From Granulicella sp. (lineage in GTDB: Bacteria; Acidobacteriota; Terriglobia; Terriglobales; Acidobacteriaceae), in contig DAHWNL010000059.1 of assembly GCA_027339965.1 (NCBI GenBank), positions 1-37,259 on the forward strand: a stretch of 37,259 nt of DNA. The letters are read 5' to 3'. Of this stretch, positions 9,457-20,000 are shown one piece after another. Below the pieces are notes generated by a model. That model worked only from the letters and a program-made list of their open reading frames with translations. It ran no database searches and was not told the origin of the DNA. Each line of letters opens with the position of its first letter. Positions within the stretch are counted from its first letter, which is position 1. A program made the translations under genes and the position numbers.

Positions 9457-11520
9457 TCAGCTCTGGGAGATGGTCTGGTCTTCCAGTTGCAGCGCCAGAC
9501 TCTCCCACTCCGCTGTGCGCGCCTGGTGTTTCGCTCGCAGCGCCTCCAGTTCGCGGGCCAGCTCCTGGGCCGCCGTAGCGGAGGTGAAGACGGCCTGATG
9601 CCGCTCACCGGCCTGGATCCTGGACTCCATCTCCTGTAGCTCCGCCTCAATCGCGGAGAGCCGATCCTCAATCTGCTTGAGTTTGATGGGGTTCAGCCGC
9701 TTGACGCCGGATCTGGAGGCTGGACCGCCTTCTGCGCAAACTCGGGCTCCATCGTCGCTGGCCTGGGTGGCCTCTGCCTCGGCCGCCGGAGCCGTCGTAG
9801 CCGCTGCCTGCTTGACCGCCTTGAACATTCCAGAGGCCGCATCGACGCGGGCGTTGGTGACGGCATCGTGCGTAAGCATCCGCTCGGCGTCGGCGGGTAG
9901 GCCGCCCTGTTTGCGGAAGATGTAGTCCTCGTAGTTGCCCGGGTAGATATGCACCCTCCGCTCTTCGACCTCGAAGACCCGGGTGGCCAGCCCATCGATG
10001 AAGTACCGATCGTGCGAGACGAAGATGACCGTGCCGGTGAACTTGCGAATCGCGTCCAGCAGCACATCCTTGGCGCGTATATCCAGGTGGTTGGTGGGCT
10101 CATCGAGCAGCAGGAAGTTGGCCGGGCTCACCAGCATTTTGGCCATGGCGTAGCGGTTGCGCTCCCCGCCGCTCAGCACGCCCAGCTTCTTGAAGACGTC
10201 GTCGCCGGAGAAGAGAAAGCATCCCAGCAGCGAGCGCAGCGTCACCACATCCACCCTGGGATTGCCGGCCGAGATGTCGTCCAGCATCTGCGCGGACCCA
10301 TCCAGCACCTTGTACTGATCCTGGGCGAAGAAGTCGGGCAGAACGTTGTGGCCCAATCGGACGGTTCCGGCAGTGGGCGCCTCCTGACCGCTCAACATGC
10401 GGATCAGGGTGGACTTGCCGGCGCCGTTGGCTCCTACCAGGGCGATGCGGTCGCCGCGCTCGATGGTGAAGCTGACATCCTCCAGCACCACCTTCTCCCC
10501 GCCGGAGGGTGTTGGGTAGATCTTGGTGAGGCTGCTCACCTCAATCACCGTCCGTCCGCTGGCCGGGGGCTGCGGAAAGCTGAAGTGAATGGTAGCCTCT
10601 TCCTCCGGCACCTCGATCCGTTCGATCTTCTCCAGTTCCTTAATCCTCGACTGAACCTGCTTGGCTTTGGTCGCCTGGTAGCGGAAACGATTGATGAAGG
10701 TCTCCAGGGCCTCGATCCGTTCGCGCTGGTTCTTGTAGGCGTTCATGAGCAGCGTGCGACGCTCCTCCTTGAGCTGCAAGTACTTCTCATAGTTGCCGTG
10801 ATAGACCTGCATGCGCTTGTTCCACACTTCCACGGTCTTGTTCACGGTCACATCTAGAAAGTAGCGGTCGTGCGAGATCAACACATAGGCGTTCTCGTAG
10901 TTGTGCAGATACTCCTCGAGCCAGTTACGGCTTTCAAGATCCAGATGGTTGGTGGGCTCATCCAGCAGCAGCAGCGAGGGCTTTTGCAGCAGCAGTTTGG
11001 CCAGCGCAATGCGCATCTGCCAGCCGCCGGAGAACTCCTCGGTGCGCCGTTCCCAGTCTTCCTTGCGGAACCCCAGCCCGCCCAGCACGGCGCCCACCTG
11101 AGCGTCCAGGGTGTAGATGTCATGGTGCAGGAGCAGGTCTGCAATCTCGGAGTAACGGTCGGCGGCCTCAGCATACTCGCGCGACTTCGGGTCGGCGTCG
11201 CTCAGGACGTGAGTGAGCCGCTCCTGTTCCTTTTCCATGGAACGCAACTGGTCGAAGACGGAGAGGCACTCCTCGAAGACGGTGCGTCCGGTCAGCGCCA
11301 GCCCATCCTGGGGAAGATACCCCAGCGTCATCCCCTTGATGTGCGTTCTCTGCCCGTAGTCCAGCGTCTCCAACCCAGCCAGGATCTTCAGCAGCGTGGA
11401 TTTGCCGGTGCCGTTGCCGCCCACCAGGCCGGTGCGTTCATTGGGCGTGATCAGCCAGTTCACGTCTTCGAAGAGGAGCTTATGGCCGTAGCGTTTGCCG
11501 GCCCCGGAGAGTTGAAGCAT
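9457..11520 (-). CDS. ABC-F family ATP-binding protein (ribosome-associated)
   Basis: Two NBDs (GGNGTGKS, GANGAGKS; FSGGW, LSGGE; LLDEPTNHLD twice), inter-ABC linker, no TM domain, C-terminal coiled coil. Confidence 0.95.
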   Translation of the reverse strand: MLQLSGAGKRYGHKLLFEDVNWLITPNERTGLVGGNGTGKSTLLKILAGLETLDYGQRTHIKGMTLGYLPQDGLALTGRTVFEECLSVFDQLRSMEKEQERLTHVLSDADPKSREYAEAADRYSEIADLLLHHDIYTLDAQVGAVLGGLGFRKEDWERRTEEFSGGWQMRIALAKLLLQKPSLLLLDEPTNHLDLESRNWLEEYLHNYENAYVLISHDRYFLDVTVNKTVEVWNKRMQVYHGNYEKYLQLKEERRTLLMNAYKNQRERIEALETFINRFRYQATKAKQVQSRIKELEKIERIEVPEEEATIHFSFPQPPASGRTVIEVSSLTKIYPTPSGGEKVVLEDVSFTIERGDRIALVGANGAGKSTLIRMLSGQEAPTAGTVRLGHNVLPDFFAQDQYKVLDGSAQMLDDISAGNPRVDVVTLRSLLGCFLFSGDDVFKKLGVLSGGERNRYAMAKMLVSPANFLLLDEPTNHLDIRAKDVLLDAIRKFTGTVIFVSHDRYFIDGLATRVFEVEERRVHIYPGNYEDYIFRKQGGLPADAERMLTHDAVTNARVDAASGMFKAVKQAAATTAPAAEAEATQASDDGARVCAEGGPASRSGVKRLNPIKLKQIEDRLSAIEAELQEMESRIQAGERHQAVFTSATAAQELARELEALRAKHQARTAEWESLALQLEDQTISQS

Positions 11521-11639
11521 CCCTTCCATTCTCTCATCCGCAACTCTGGGCGCGCTGGGCCTTCTTCGGCTTGGAGCGCGTCGAACCCTCATGCGAGACT
11601 GGGGAGAAGCCTTCGAGGTGGAAGAGCGGAGCATGCAAC

Positions 11640-13451
11640 TTGGCTGAGACGAACGCGAACGGGAAGGAAAGTGAAGTCGGATGCGGCTCCGCGGGGGGAG
11701 ACCAGCCAGGCTCGGGCGGTAATCAACCCTCCAGTCCAGCCCAGGCCTCCGGCCAATGGCCGCCCTCCCGCCGCGGGCGCTGGCTTCGCGCTATCGGCCT
11801 CAGCCTGGCCCTTACGCTCTTCGTTTTTTTTGCGGCCGCGGAGTATGTGGCCCGGCACCTTGGACCGCTGCTGCGTTCCAGCGTCGTCGCCACGCTCAGC
11901 GGGCGGTTCCACGCGCCGGTCGAACTTGGATCGCTGCAGGCCTCCGTGGTGAAAGGATGGGGAGGAATTGAGGTGGAGGGGAGCGGACTGCGGGTGCTTG
12001 GCCCTGCGAGCTTTCCGGTTGACTCCGGCCAGCCTCTGCTGAGCCTCCGGCGCTTCCGGTTCCGCGCCTCGCTGACCGCGCTGCTGCACCGTCACCTTGA
12101 TCTGGCCTGGGTAAGCATCGATGGCTTGAATCTCCACCTTCCTCGGCACCGGGAGCCGGGCGGCGCAGGGAGTCCGCCGGGGCTCGCCGCGCCCAAGCCG
12201 CCGATCCGCATCACTCTGCACAGCATCGAGTGCAGGAACGCCACGCTCTCCTTTGCGCCCAGCGGGCCGGGGAAAGCCCCGCTGATCCTTCGCATCCAGA
12301 ATCTGAAGCTCACCGTACCGGAGGCGAGCGCGGGAGGACCGGGCAGGGCTCTGCTTTACGACGCACAGATCATCAACCCCAAGCCAGTCGGCGACATCCA
12401 TGCTATCGGCCACTTCGGCCCCTGGAACCACACTGATCCCCGCTCCACCCCTGTTGATGGACACTACACCTTTCGCAACGTAGACCTGAGCAGCATCAGG
12501 GGTATCGCCGGGACCCTATTCTCTGAAGGCGATTTCAACGGTCGGCTGGATCAGATTGAGGTAAACGGAGTTGCCCGGACGCCTGACTTCCGGCTCGACG
12601 TCAGCAGCCATCCGCTGCCCCTATCCACCACCTTCCATGCGTATGTGAATGCCACCGATGGCGACACCACGCTTTCCTCCGTTCAGGCCGTGCTGCAGCA
12701 CTCCCATTTCACCGCCCAGGGCAGCATCATGAATATTCACGGCAAGGGCCATGACATTCACCTGGTGGCGCACATGCCCAACGGGCGAATCGAAGATGTC
12801 TTAAGACTGACCACGAGATCTGCCCAGCCCGCTATGGTTGGCACGGTGACGCTTGACGCCCGGATCCACATTCCGCCCGGCAGCGAGCGCGTCATCCAAA
12901 AGCTCGAAGCGGAGGGCACGATGAACCTCCATGATCTCCGGTTTACGAACGCCAAGTTGCAGGACCGTATCGACTCCTTGAGTCTGCGCGCCCAGGGCGA
13001 GCCGAGAGAGGCGGCTGCGGCCCAAGCCGGCAACGGCCAGCCTCAGGCCGCGTCCCAGATGGCGGTCGAGTTTTCCTTCGATCAAGGGATGCTGGTGGTC
13101 CCTTCGCTGAACTATGTCGTCCCCGGGGGTACGGCGCAGCTCCATGGCGCTTATTTTCTGAATGCAGGCGCCTTCCAGTTTGTCGGCTTTGTCCGCACGC
13201 AGGCAAAGGCCTCGCAGATGGTCACCGGATGGAAGTCGGTCCTGCTGCTGTCCTTGAACTCCGTGTTCAAGGCGCCAGGCGCCGGCCTGCAACTTCCGGT
13301 CTCCATCAGCGGTGAACACAACACCGTTCGCTTTGGCTTGGATTCGCGCGGCGTTGACGAACCGGCAGCGCAGATCGCCGCCGGCCTGCGAGCGACCTAT
13401 CCAGCCCCGGCGGCCGGCTCTGTGAAGTACAGTCCGGGCTCCCATTCATAG
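11640..13451 (+). CDS. AsmA-like (repeating beta-groove) membrane-anchored protein
   Basis: Single N-terminal TM helix then long amphipathic beta-strand-rich body; TTG start after GGAG chosen, start uncertain (ORF open from 11571). Confidence 0.7.
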   Translation: MAETNANGKESEVGCGSAGGDQPGSGGNQPSSPAQASGQWPPSRRGRWLRAIGLSLALTLFVFFAAAEYVARHLGPLLRSSVVATLSGRFHAPVELGSLQASVVKGWGGIEVEGSGLRVLGPASFPVDSGQPLLSLRRFRFRASLTALLHRHLDLAWVSIDGLNLHLPRHREPGGAGSPPGLAAPKPPIRITLHSIECRNATLSFAPSGPGKAPLILRIQNLKLTVPEASAGGPGRALLYDAQIINPKPVGDIHAIGHFGPWNHTDPRSTPVDGHYTFRNVDLSSIRGIAGTLFSEGDFNGRLDQIEVNGVARTPDFRLDVSSHPLPLSTTFHAYVNATDGDTTLSSVQAVLQHSHFTAQGSIMNIHGKGHDIHLVAHMPNGRIEDVLRLTTRSAQPAMVGTVTLDARIHIPPGSERVIQKLEAEGTMNLHDLRFTNAKLQDRIDSLSLRAQGEPREAAAAQAGNGQPQAASQMAVEFSFDQGMLVVPSLNYVVPGGTAQLHGAYFLNAGAFQFVGFVRTQAKASQMVTGWKSVLLLSLNSVFKAPGAGLQLPVSISGEHNTVRFGLDSRGVDEPAAQIAAGLRATYPAPAAGSVKYSPGSHS

Positions 13452-13575
13452 GATAAAGATCGCTGTTCCCATTTATCTCTCTGTGCCCGAGCCCGGTGCG
13501 AGGCCAGACGCAGGCTGAGGATCCATCCCCCACCCCCTCGCCCTCGGCGTCCGACCCTGATAACGTTAGGAGACG

Positions 13576-13920
13576 ATGGCAGTTCACCAGGAACCCATAG
13601 CGCAGGCGACGGCCAGAGCGGATTCGGCGCCGTCTTCTCAGGCCTCCGCACCTTCCCGAGCCTCCGCGCCTGCGCCTGTCTGGTTGCAGCGGATGAGCCT
13701 GGTGGTTCTGGTGCTGTTCTGCTTCTACATCGGTGCCTTGCTGGCTGTGCTCCCGTGGTCGCCCCGCTACTGGGACCAGAACGGCTGGCTGCTCGCCCAT
13801 CCTCGTCTGCAAGGCATCCTCAACACAGGCTGGGTTCGCGGCATCGTCTCCGGCATCGGTTTGCTCGATGTCTGGATCGGCGTCAGCGAGCTCCTTCACT
13901 ACCGCGACTACCTTGGCTAA
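13576..13920 (+). CDS. Small hypothetical membrane protein (2 TM)
   Basis: AGGAG SD, two hydrophobic helices, 17 nt upstream of the LOG gene. Confidence 0.75.
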   Translation: MAVHQEPIAQATARADSAPSSQASAPSRASAPAPVWLQRMSLVVLVLFCFYIGALLAVLPWSPRYWDQNGWLLAHPRLQGILNTGWVRGIVSGIGLLDVWIGVSELLHYRDYLG

Positions 13921-13937
13921 CGAAAAGAGAATCGTGC

Positions 13938-14951
13938 ATGTCTGGCAACCACACTCCCAAGCCCGCCCCTGCTCCCCTATCCTCCGCGCTTTTGGCCTAC
14001 GAAAACCCCGAGTTTCTCAACTCCGCTGAAGGTCGAACCATCCGTTTGCTGGCTGAGTACAACGAACCGATGGCTCGTTTTCGCCGTGAGCGTATCCAGG
14101 ACACCGTGGTCTTCTTCGGTTCAGCCCGCTTCCGCGCCCGGGACGTGGCCTTCCGGGAGCTCGAACTGCTGGAAAATACCGGATCCGTTACCCTTGCTCC
14201 TCCGGAAGAGCAACCCGCCCGCAGCGGGGAGAGTGAGGCTTCAGAGCTTCGCCACAAACGCGCCGAGGCGGCCGTGGAGATGGCCAATTATTATGAGGAC
14301 GCCCGCACCCTGGCGCGTCTGATGACCCAGTGGTCCAAGGGCCTTCCCGGCCGCCGTCACCGCTTCGTCATCACCTCTGGCGGCGGCCCGGGCATCATGG
14401 AGGCGGCCAATCGAGGAGCCTGGGAGGCAGGCGGCAAGACCATCGGGCTCAACATCATGCTGCCTTTTGAGCAGCAGCCGAATCCCTACATCACGCCTTC
14501 GCTCAACTTCAACTTTCATTACTTCTTCATGCGCAAGTTCTGGTTTGCCTATCTGGCCAAAGCGCTGGTCGTCTTTCCGGGCGGCTTCGGCACCCTGGAT
14601 GAGATGTTCGAACTGCTCACGCTGGACCAGACCCAAAAGCTCTCCAAACCCATCACCATCGTCATCTATGGATCCAGCTATTGGAAAAAAGTCATCAACC
14701 TGGAGATGCTGGCCGACAAGGGAGCGATCGCCGTCAAAGACCTGGATCTTTTCCAGTTCGCGGACACTCCGGAGGAAGCCTTTGCCATTCTCAAGGACGG
14801 TCTGATCCGTAACCACCTCGAAGCGGAACACCCGCGCACGGAGGCCCCGATCCCAGAGGAGCCAGAGGCCGACGCTCAGGAGATCCTCGGCCCCGATATC
14901 GCGCGGACGCGGTCCTTTCGGAAAGGAACGGACCATCAGGCGCACGGATAG
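13938..14951 (+). CDS. LOG family nucleotide phosphoribohydrolase (TIGR00730-like)
   Basis: VVFFGSAR, SGGGPGIMEAANRGA, YFFMRK, PGGFGTLDE motifs. Confidence 0.92.
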   Translation: MSGNHTPKPAPAPLSSALLAYENPEFLNSAEGRTIRLLAEYNEPMARFRRERIQDTVVFFGSARFRARDVAFRELELLENTGSVTLAPPEEQPARSGESEASELRHKRAEAAVEMANYYEDARTLARLMTQWSKGLPGRRHRFVITSGGGPGIMEAANRGAWEAGGKTIGLNIMLPFEQQPNPYITPSLNFNFHYFFMRKFWFAYLAKALVVFPGGFGTLDEMFELLTLDQTQKLSKPITIVIYGSSYWKKVINLEMLADKGAIAVKDLDLFQFADTPEEAFAILKDGLIRNHLEAEHPRTEAPIPEEPEADAQEILGPDIARTRSFRKGTDHQAHG

Positions 14952-15459
14952 ACAGCCTGATGCGGGAGAGCCCAAAGGCCCGAAGCTTTGGATGTCGGTG
15001 AAACTCTCGTCTTATGCCTCGCGGAGACCGGTGATCTTACCTGTCCGCTCCTCTCAACTTCTTCGTTCTTCTTCTCCGTAAGGTCCATTTGCGGCGGTAT
15101 TGCAGCGATTTTGCATGTAGACGGGCACGCTCTTTCATCCGAAATGGGCGGGGCAACCTCAAGTTGCTCCATCGTTTCAAGATTGTCGGCGAAGTCGTGC
15201 GCGCGGCAACATGGGCCGCGGACTGCGTGTGCAAAATTGAAAGACTGTCGTACGAACCTTACACGGCAGCTTTCCCGATGGTCCGGTTCCTGCGTCCAAT
15301 CTGCCGGTTGGCTCAACTTGGGTTAAGCCCGCGGCAAAGGATCTCCAGGCGCAAATGTGCCTTTCCTTTCTTTCATGGCAAGCTACCTGCAAGGGCCCTT
15401 TCGTGCAGATGGAACGCAGGGCTGCGAGCTCTTTGGGCGCTTTACCCGCTGCAATCGTG

Positions 15460-15572
15460 ATAGCTTGTCCGTGCGGGTGTATCCGGAGGCCACAATCTTT
15501 ATGGACGTCTTCCCCAAGGAAAACGCTATAGCAATCGTGGCTCGGGAGCCCTTCAAAATGGAAGAAGCTATA
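15460..15572. repeat. Palindromic intergenic element, copy 2 (diverged)
   Basis: 15473-15528 aligns ungapped to 171-226 (42/56 identical by hand count); ends atagcttgtcc / ggaagaagctat are imperfect inverted repeats. Confidence 0.65.
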
Positions 15573-15683
15573 AAGAAACCCGCTTGGGGAGAATCATCCT
15601 CACAGAAAGAGCGGTAAGATGCCAATGCTGTTGAAGAATGAGAAACCGCTCATGTCTGCGAGCGGCGCGGATCGAGACGAACC

Positions 15684-16748
15684 ATGACAAAACAAGGAAA
15701 GCATCCCACCTTGCGGGAAGTGGCCAAGTGTGCGGAAGTGGGCACCACCACCGTATCCCGGGTGATCAACGGGGTGGAATACGTAGAGCCTTGGACCAAG
15801 GCGCGCGTCGAGCGCGCCATCAAAGAGTTGGGCTACCTGCCGAACATCGCCGCGCGGGTGCTCAAGGGGCATAAGACCCGCACCATCGGTCTCGTGGTGC
15901 CCAGTATTGCCGATCCGTTCTTCTCCAGTTGCGCTGAAGTGTTGCAGGGGATAGCGCGCCAGCACGGCTTTCTCCTGATCGTGCTGACCACGCAAAATGA
16001 GCGAGAGATGGAGCGGGAGGCCATCAACACGTTGACGCAGCATCGGGTGGATGGATTTGTGATTGCGCCGGCAGACGCTGAGAGCGACGAGTTGCGCAGC
16101 CTGCTGATGCGTGTTACGGTGCCGGTGGTGGCTCTGGATCGTCCGGTGGCCGGCGCCGTAGTGCCTTCGGTGGTGGCGGATAACTTTGTGGGAGCCAAAC
16201 ACGCAACGCGCCACCTGATCGCACATGGATACAAACGAATAGCTTGTCTCACCGGGGAGATTGGACTTTACACGATCCGCGAACGTGCGCGCGGCTACCA
16301 GGCGGCAATGGCTGCGGCGGGCCTCAAGGCTGTGCTGAGTACCGCAATTTGCGACTACGCCTCTTGCGACGCGGCGATCGCGAAGATGCTCAAGGGGCCG
16401 GACCAGGTTCAGGCAATCTTTACCTTGAAAAACAGTGTCACCGTGGATGCCTTTGAGGCCCTGCAACGAAGGAGTGTTCCGATCCCGGGAAAAGTTGCTC
16501 TGCTTGGCTATGACGACTTCCAGCTTGCAGGAACGGTTCGTCCCGCCATTACCGTTGTGCAGCAGCCGATTGAGGAGTTGGGGAAGACGGCGGCGGAGTT
16601 GTTGTTCCGGCACCTCAAAGGAGCTTCGGCGGCCGCCATGCCGGCGAAAGCGAGAACCAGGCAACAGGTTTTACTCAAGACATCCTTGATCCCGCGGGCC
16701 TCCTGCGGCTGCCGGCCGGATCCCTCGTCAAGGGGGAGTTCCTCCTGA
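15684..16748 (+). CDS. LacI family transcriptional regulator
   Basis: HTH TLREVAKCAEVGTTTVSRVIN, YLPNIAARVL hinge, sugar-binding fold (GYDD, ITVVQQP). Confidence 0.95.
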   Translation: MTKQGKHPTLREVAKCAEVGTTTVSRVINGVEYVEPWTKARVERAIKELGYLPNIAARVLKGHKTRTIGLVVPSIADPFFSSCAEVLQGIARQHGFLLIVLTTQNEREMEREAINTLTQHRVDGFVIAPADAESDELRSLLMRVTVPVVALDRPVAGAVVPSVVADNFVGAKHATRHLIAHGYKRIACLTGEIGLYTIRERARGYQAAMAAAGLKAVLSTAICDYASCDAAIAKMLKGPDQVQAIFTLKNSVTVDAFEALQRRSVPIPGKVALLGYDDFQLAGTVRPAITVVQQPIEELGKTAAELLFRHLKGASAAAMPAKARTRQQVLLKTSLIPRASCGCRPDPSSRGSSS

Positions 16749-16873
16749 GGCCGCGGTTCGCAAAGGGGTGAGACCCTGGCCTTGTATCGGATCCACCGAG
16801 GCAAGGTGAGAGCTGGGATCTCCTCGGGGAGGATGCGCTAGTTTTGCTCAAATATTGAAGCCGGCAAAAAAAT

Positions 16874-16910
16874 CTTGACAAGAGGATTCTGGTGATAGAA
16901 GATTGTCAAG
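16874..16910 (+). promoter_or_regulatory. Putative promoter of the glycan locus (-35 TTGACA) within an inverted repeat
   Basis: TTGACA at 16875-16880 after an A-tract; cttgacaa (16874-16881) ... ttgtcaag (16903-16910) perfect 8-bp IR; -10 non-consensus. Confidence 0.5.
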
Positions 16911-16916
16911 CTCATA

Positions 16917-16950
16917 TGACAGCGCTGTATCCCTGCATGGTAACGTTTCC
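16917..16950. promoter_or_regulatory. Two candidate LacI-family operators
   Basis: acagCGctgt perfect palindrome (16919-16928) and ggtaaCGtttcc near-palindrome (16939-16950), both CG-centred as in LacI/GalR operators; centres 21 bp apart. Confidence 0.6.
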
Positions 16951-17025
16951 GGCCCACAACGCTTCGGCCCCAGGAAGAGCCGTGGCGGTCAAAATCTACA
17001 AACGGACTTTTCGAGGAGGTTAAGT

Positions 17026-20000
17026 ATGCATCCCATCGCTCATCGTTGGGCAAAGATCCTCTTGGCTATCGTCTTCACATGCGGAGCTCTGCGTGGCAAC
17101 GCCCAGGACTTTCGCGCGACATTTGCCGGAATCGTTTCAGACCAGTCCGGCGCGGTGATCCCGAACGCCAAGGTAACCGCCGTGGAGAATAGCACCAAAA
17201 CGACCTATACCGGAATCACCACGGCAAAGGGCGCCTACTTCATCCCCTACGTCTTGCCTGGGACATACACCCTTTCAGCCTCGGCCAAGAACTTCAAGAC
17301 TGTGATTCAGGAAAAAGTGCTGGTGACCACGACGCAGGTCTTCAAACAGAACTTTACCTTGCAGGTAGGCCGAGTCTCTCAACAGGTGGTGGTCTCCGCC
17401 GCGCCGCCGCAACTGGACGCGGCGGACGCTTCGGAAAACAATCCTGTCAGCGCGCGAACCATCGAGAGCGTGCCTCTGAATGGCGGAGCAATCTACCCTC
17501 TGATTGGTACCACTCCTGGTAGTCAAGTGGCCTATGGTCAGATGAATACGGCGCAGAACGGGTACGACAACACGGCCAATTACAGCCTGGGCGGCGGTAT
17601 ATACGGACTCAATCAATTCACCTTGAACGGATCCAACATCACCAGTCAATTCACCTATGACCTTCAGGGCGCCGGAGAGTGGACGGTCGCTCCGAACCTG
17701 GACAGCGTTCAAGAGATGGACGTGATGACCACCACCTATGATGCTCGCTACGGACGCACCAGCGGTGGAACCGTGAATACTTCAACGAAGAGCGGCACCA
17801 ACCAATTTCATGGAAGCGCGCGATACGCCTTTCAGGGTACAACTCTGGACGCAAACAGCTATCAGAACAACCTACATGGCGCTCCTCGCAACGGCGAGGT
17901 GCAGAATCAGTTCTGGATCACGGCGGGTGGCCCGATATTGAAAAACCGTCTCTTCTTCTTCTTCGGTTTTGAGGGCTACCATCAGTCGCTGCAGTCTTCC
18001 TTCTTTGAGAACGTCGCCCCAGCCTATTTGCGACCGGGGTATCAGGGCAACTCCGGAGTGAACTTCGGGTTGGTTGGGGCGCTGGATCCAGGGGAGTTTC
18101 CCAACGGTCTTCCGATCTTTCAACCCGGATCCGCGGTCTGTCTTGATGGCGGAGATGTGAACTCCTGCAACAGCAACAAGCTGGCTCAGACAGAGTTCCC
18201 CAATGACACCATTCCGGGATCCATGATCAACCCCACCGCGACCGCGATCTTGAAGTACCTGCCATTGCCCAACGTCCCAAGCGCCGCGAATCTGGCAAGA
18301 GGGAACAATTACTTTGCGCAAAATCCAGGGCTGCTCCACTACAACCAGCCGCAGATTCGCGTGGACTACAACCTCACCGATAGAACCAAGCTCTACAGCT
18401 TTTTCATCTACTCGGACGGAGCGGACTTTCACAACAGCAACGGCATCTCCGGCCTGGCTGAGAATGGCACCATCGATGCCGTCCACCAGACCTATGTCGC
18501 GACTCAGGACGTAACCCATGTCTTTTCGCCGAACATGACGGGCGACTTCAAGATATCGTGGAACCGGTATGCGGCAACCAATCCGGATGGTCTCAATCAG
18601 GCAACGAATCCTACTTCGATCGGCCTCTCCATGCCGCTGCCGCCCACCACCGGAACGCAGTACCTCCCACAGTTCACAATCAGCGACGGCTGGGGCACTG
18701 GCTTTGTGAACGGCAGAACGCTCTTTGGCAACGACATCCTTACCAGTGCGAGCGTCACCAATGACTACTCGCTCAACGTGGACTTCACCCAGACACACTC
18801 AAGACATACGCTGGAGTACGGCGGCGAGATCGATGAGGATCAGTTCGGAGGATATCCAAACGACGGCGGCAATCCGAGCGGCCGATTCTCCTACGACTCA
18901 GGGTTTAGCCAATACGATCCGGAAAATGCAAGTTGTTACAGTCCTACAGGCTCTCCAAATCCAAACTGCAGCACTTTGAACAATGACCAGAATGGATCTT
19001 CACTGGCAAACTTTTACCTCGGCTATCCATCCGGCGGCGGTATTGACTGGAACGGATCGCTCATGGAGGGATACCCGGTATATTCCATTTACTTCCAGGA
19101 CAACGTGCAAATGACGAGGAACCTCACGTTGAATATGGGTATCCGCTACGACGTCCAAAGGGGTTTGCGGGAACGGCACAACTACTTGAATCGCGGCATC
19201 TGCTTGACCTGCGTGAATCCAATCGGGCAAACATCCGCCTACCAGGGAAACGTGGCCAATGCCAGCAATGTGGCCGCATGGAATAAGGTCGGCATTAACG
19301 TGTCCAGCCTGTCCTCGGTGCTGGGCGGCATCGAATTTGCCGGAACCGATGGTCAATCGCGAGATGCCTACAACACCGACTATAGCGACGTAGGTCCCCG
19401 CTTCGGCTTTGGCTATAGCATCAATCCCAGGACGATCATCCGCGGTGGCTATGGAATTCTATACTCCTTCGGCTTGGAGGGCGGCTCCAGCGTGGGAATG
19501 ACCGAGACGACGAACTTAACGTCATCCCTGGACGCCGGCATCATACCGACGAACTACTTCCAGAGCGGCAATCCATTCGCAACGGGCTTGATTAAGCCTA
19601 CGGGCGACAGCTTGGGCTTGGAGACCGATCTCGGCAATGGCGGGGTCGAGGTTGACTTCCCGGACCGCAGGATTCCGATCGAGCAGGTTATGTCATTGGG
19701 CTTCCAGCGTGATCTTGGTTCAGGCATCGTTCTTGATGCAAGGTACGCCGGTAACTTCACAAATCGCCTGCGCACGTTCCTGTGGGTGAATGGGACGGCA
19801 AGTCTGGCCGAGGAGCAGCAGGCGATCGCCAACCCTGCGTTCTTCAATGAGCAGGTACCGAATCCGTACTACCAGGTCCCCGGCATGTCCGGACCCGGGG
19901 AATGCGGCACTGCGAAGACGATCCCCGCCGTCGAACTCCGCACCATTCTGTCCCAGTATTGTCGCCCGGGCGGCACCGGTTTGGTGGGGCAGTTTAATGC

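Noticed and set aside
14952..15683. Short ORFs in the LOG-lacI gap
   Set aside because: No motifs or SD, they overlap each other on both strands, and part of the gap is explained by the palindromic repeat
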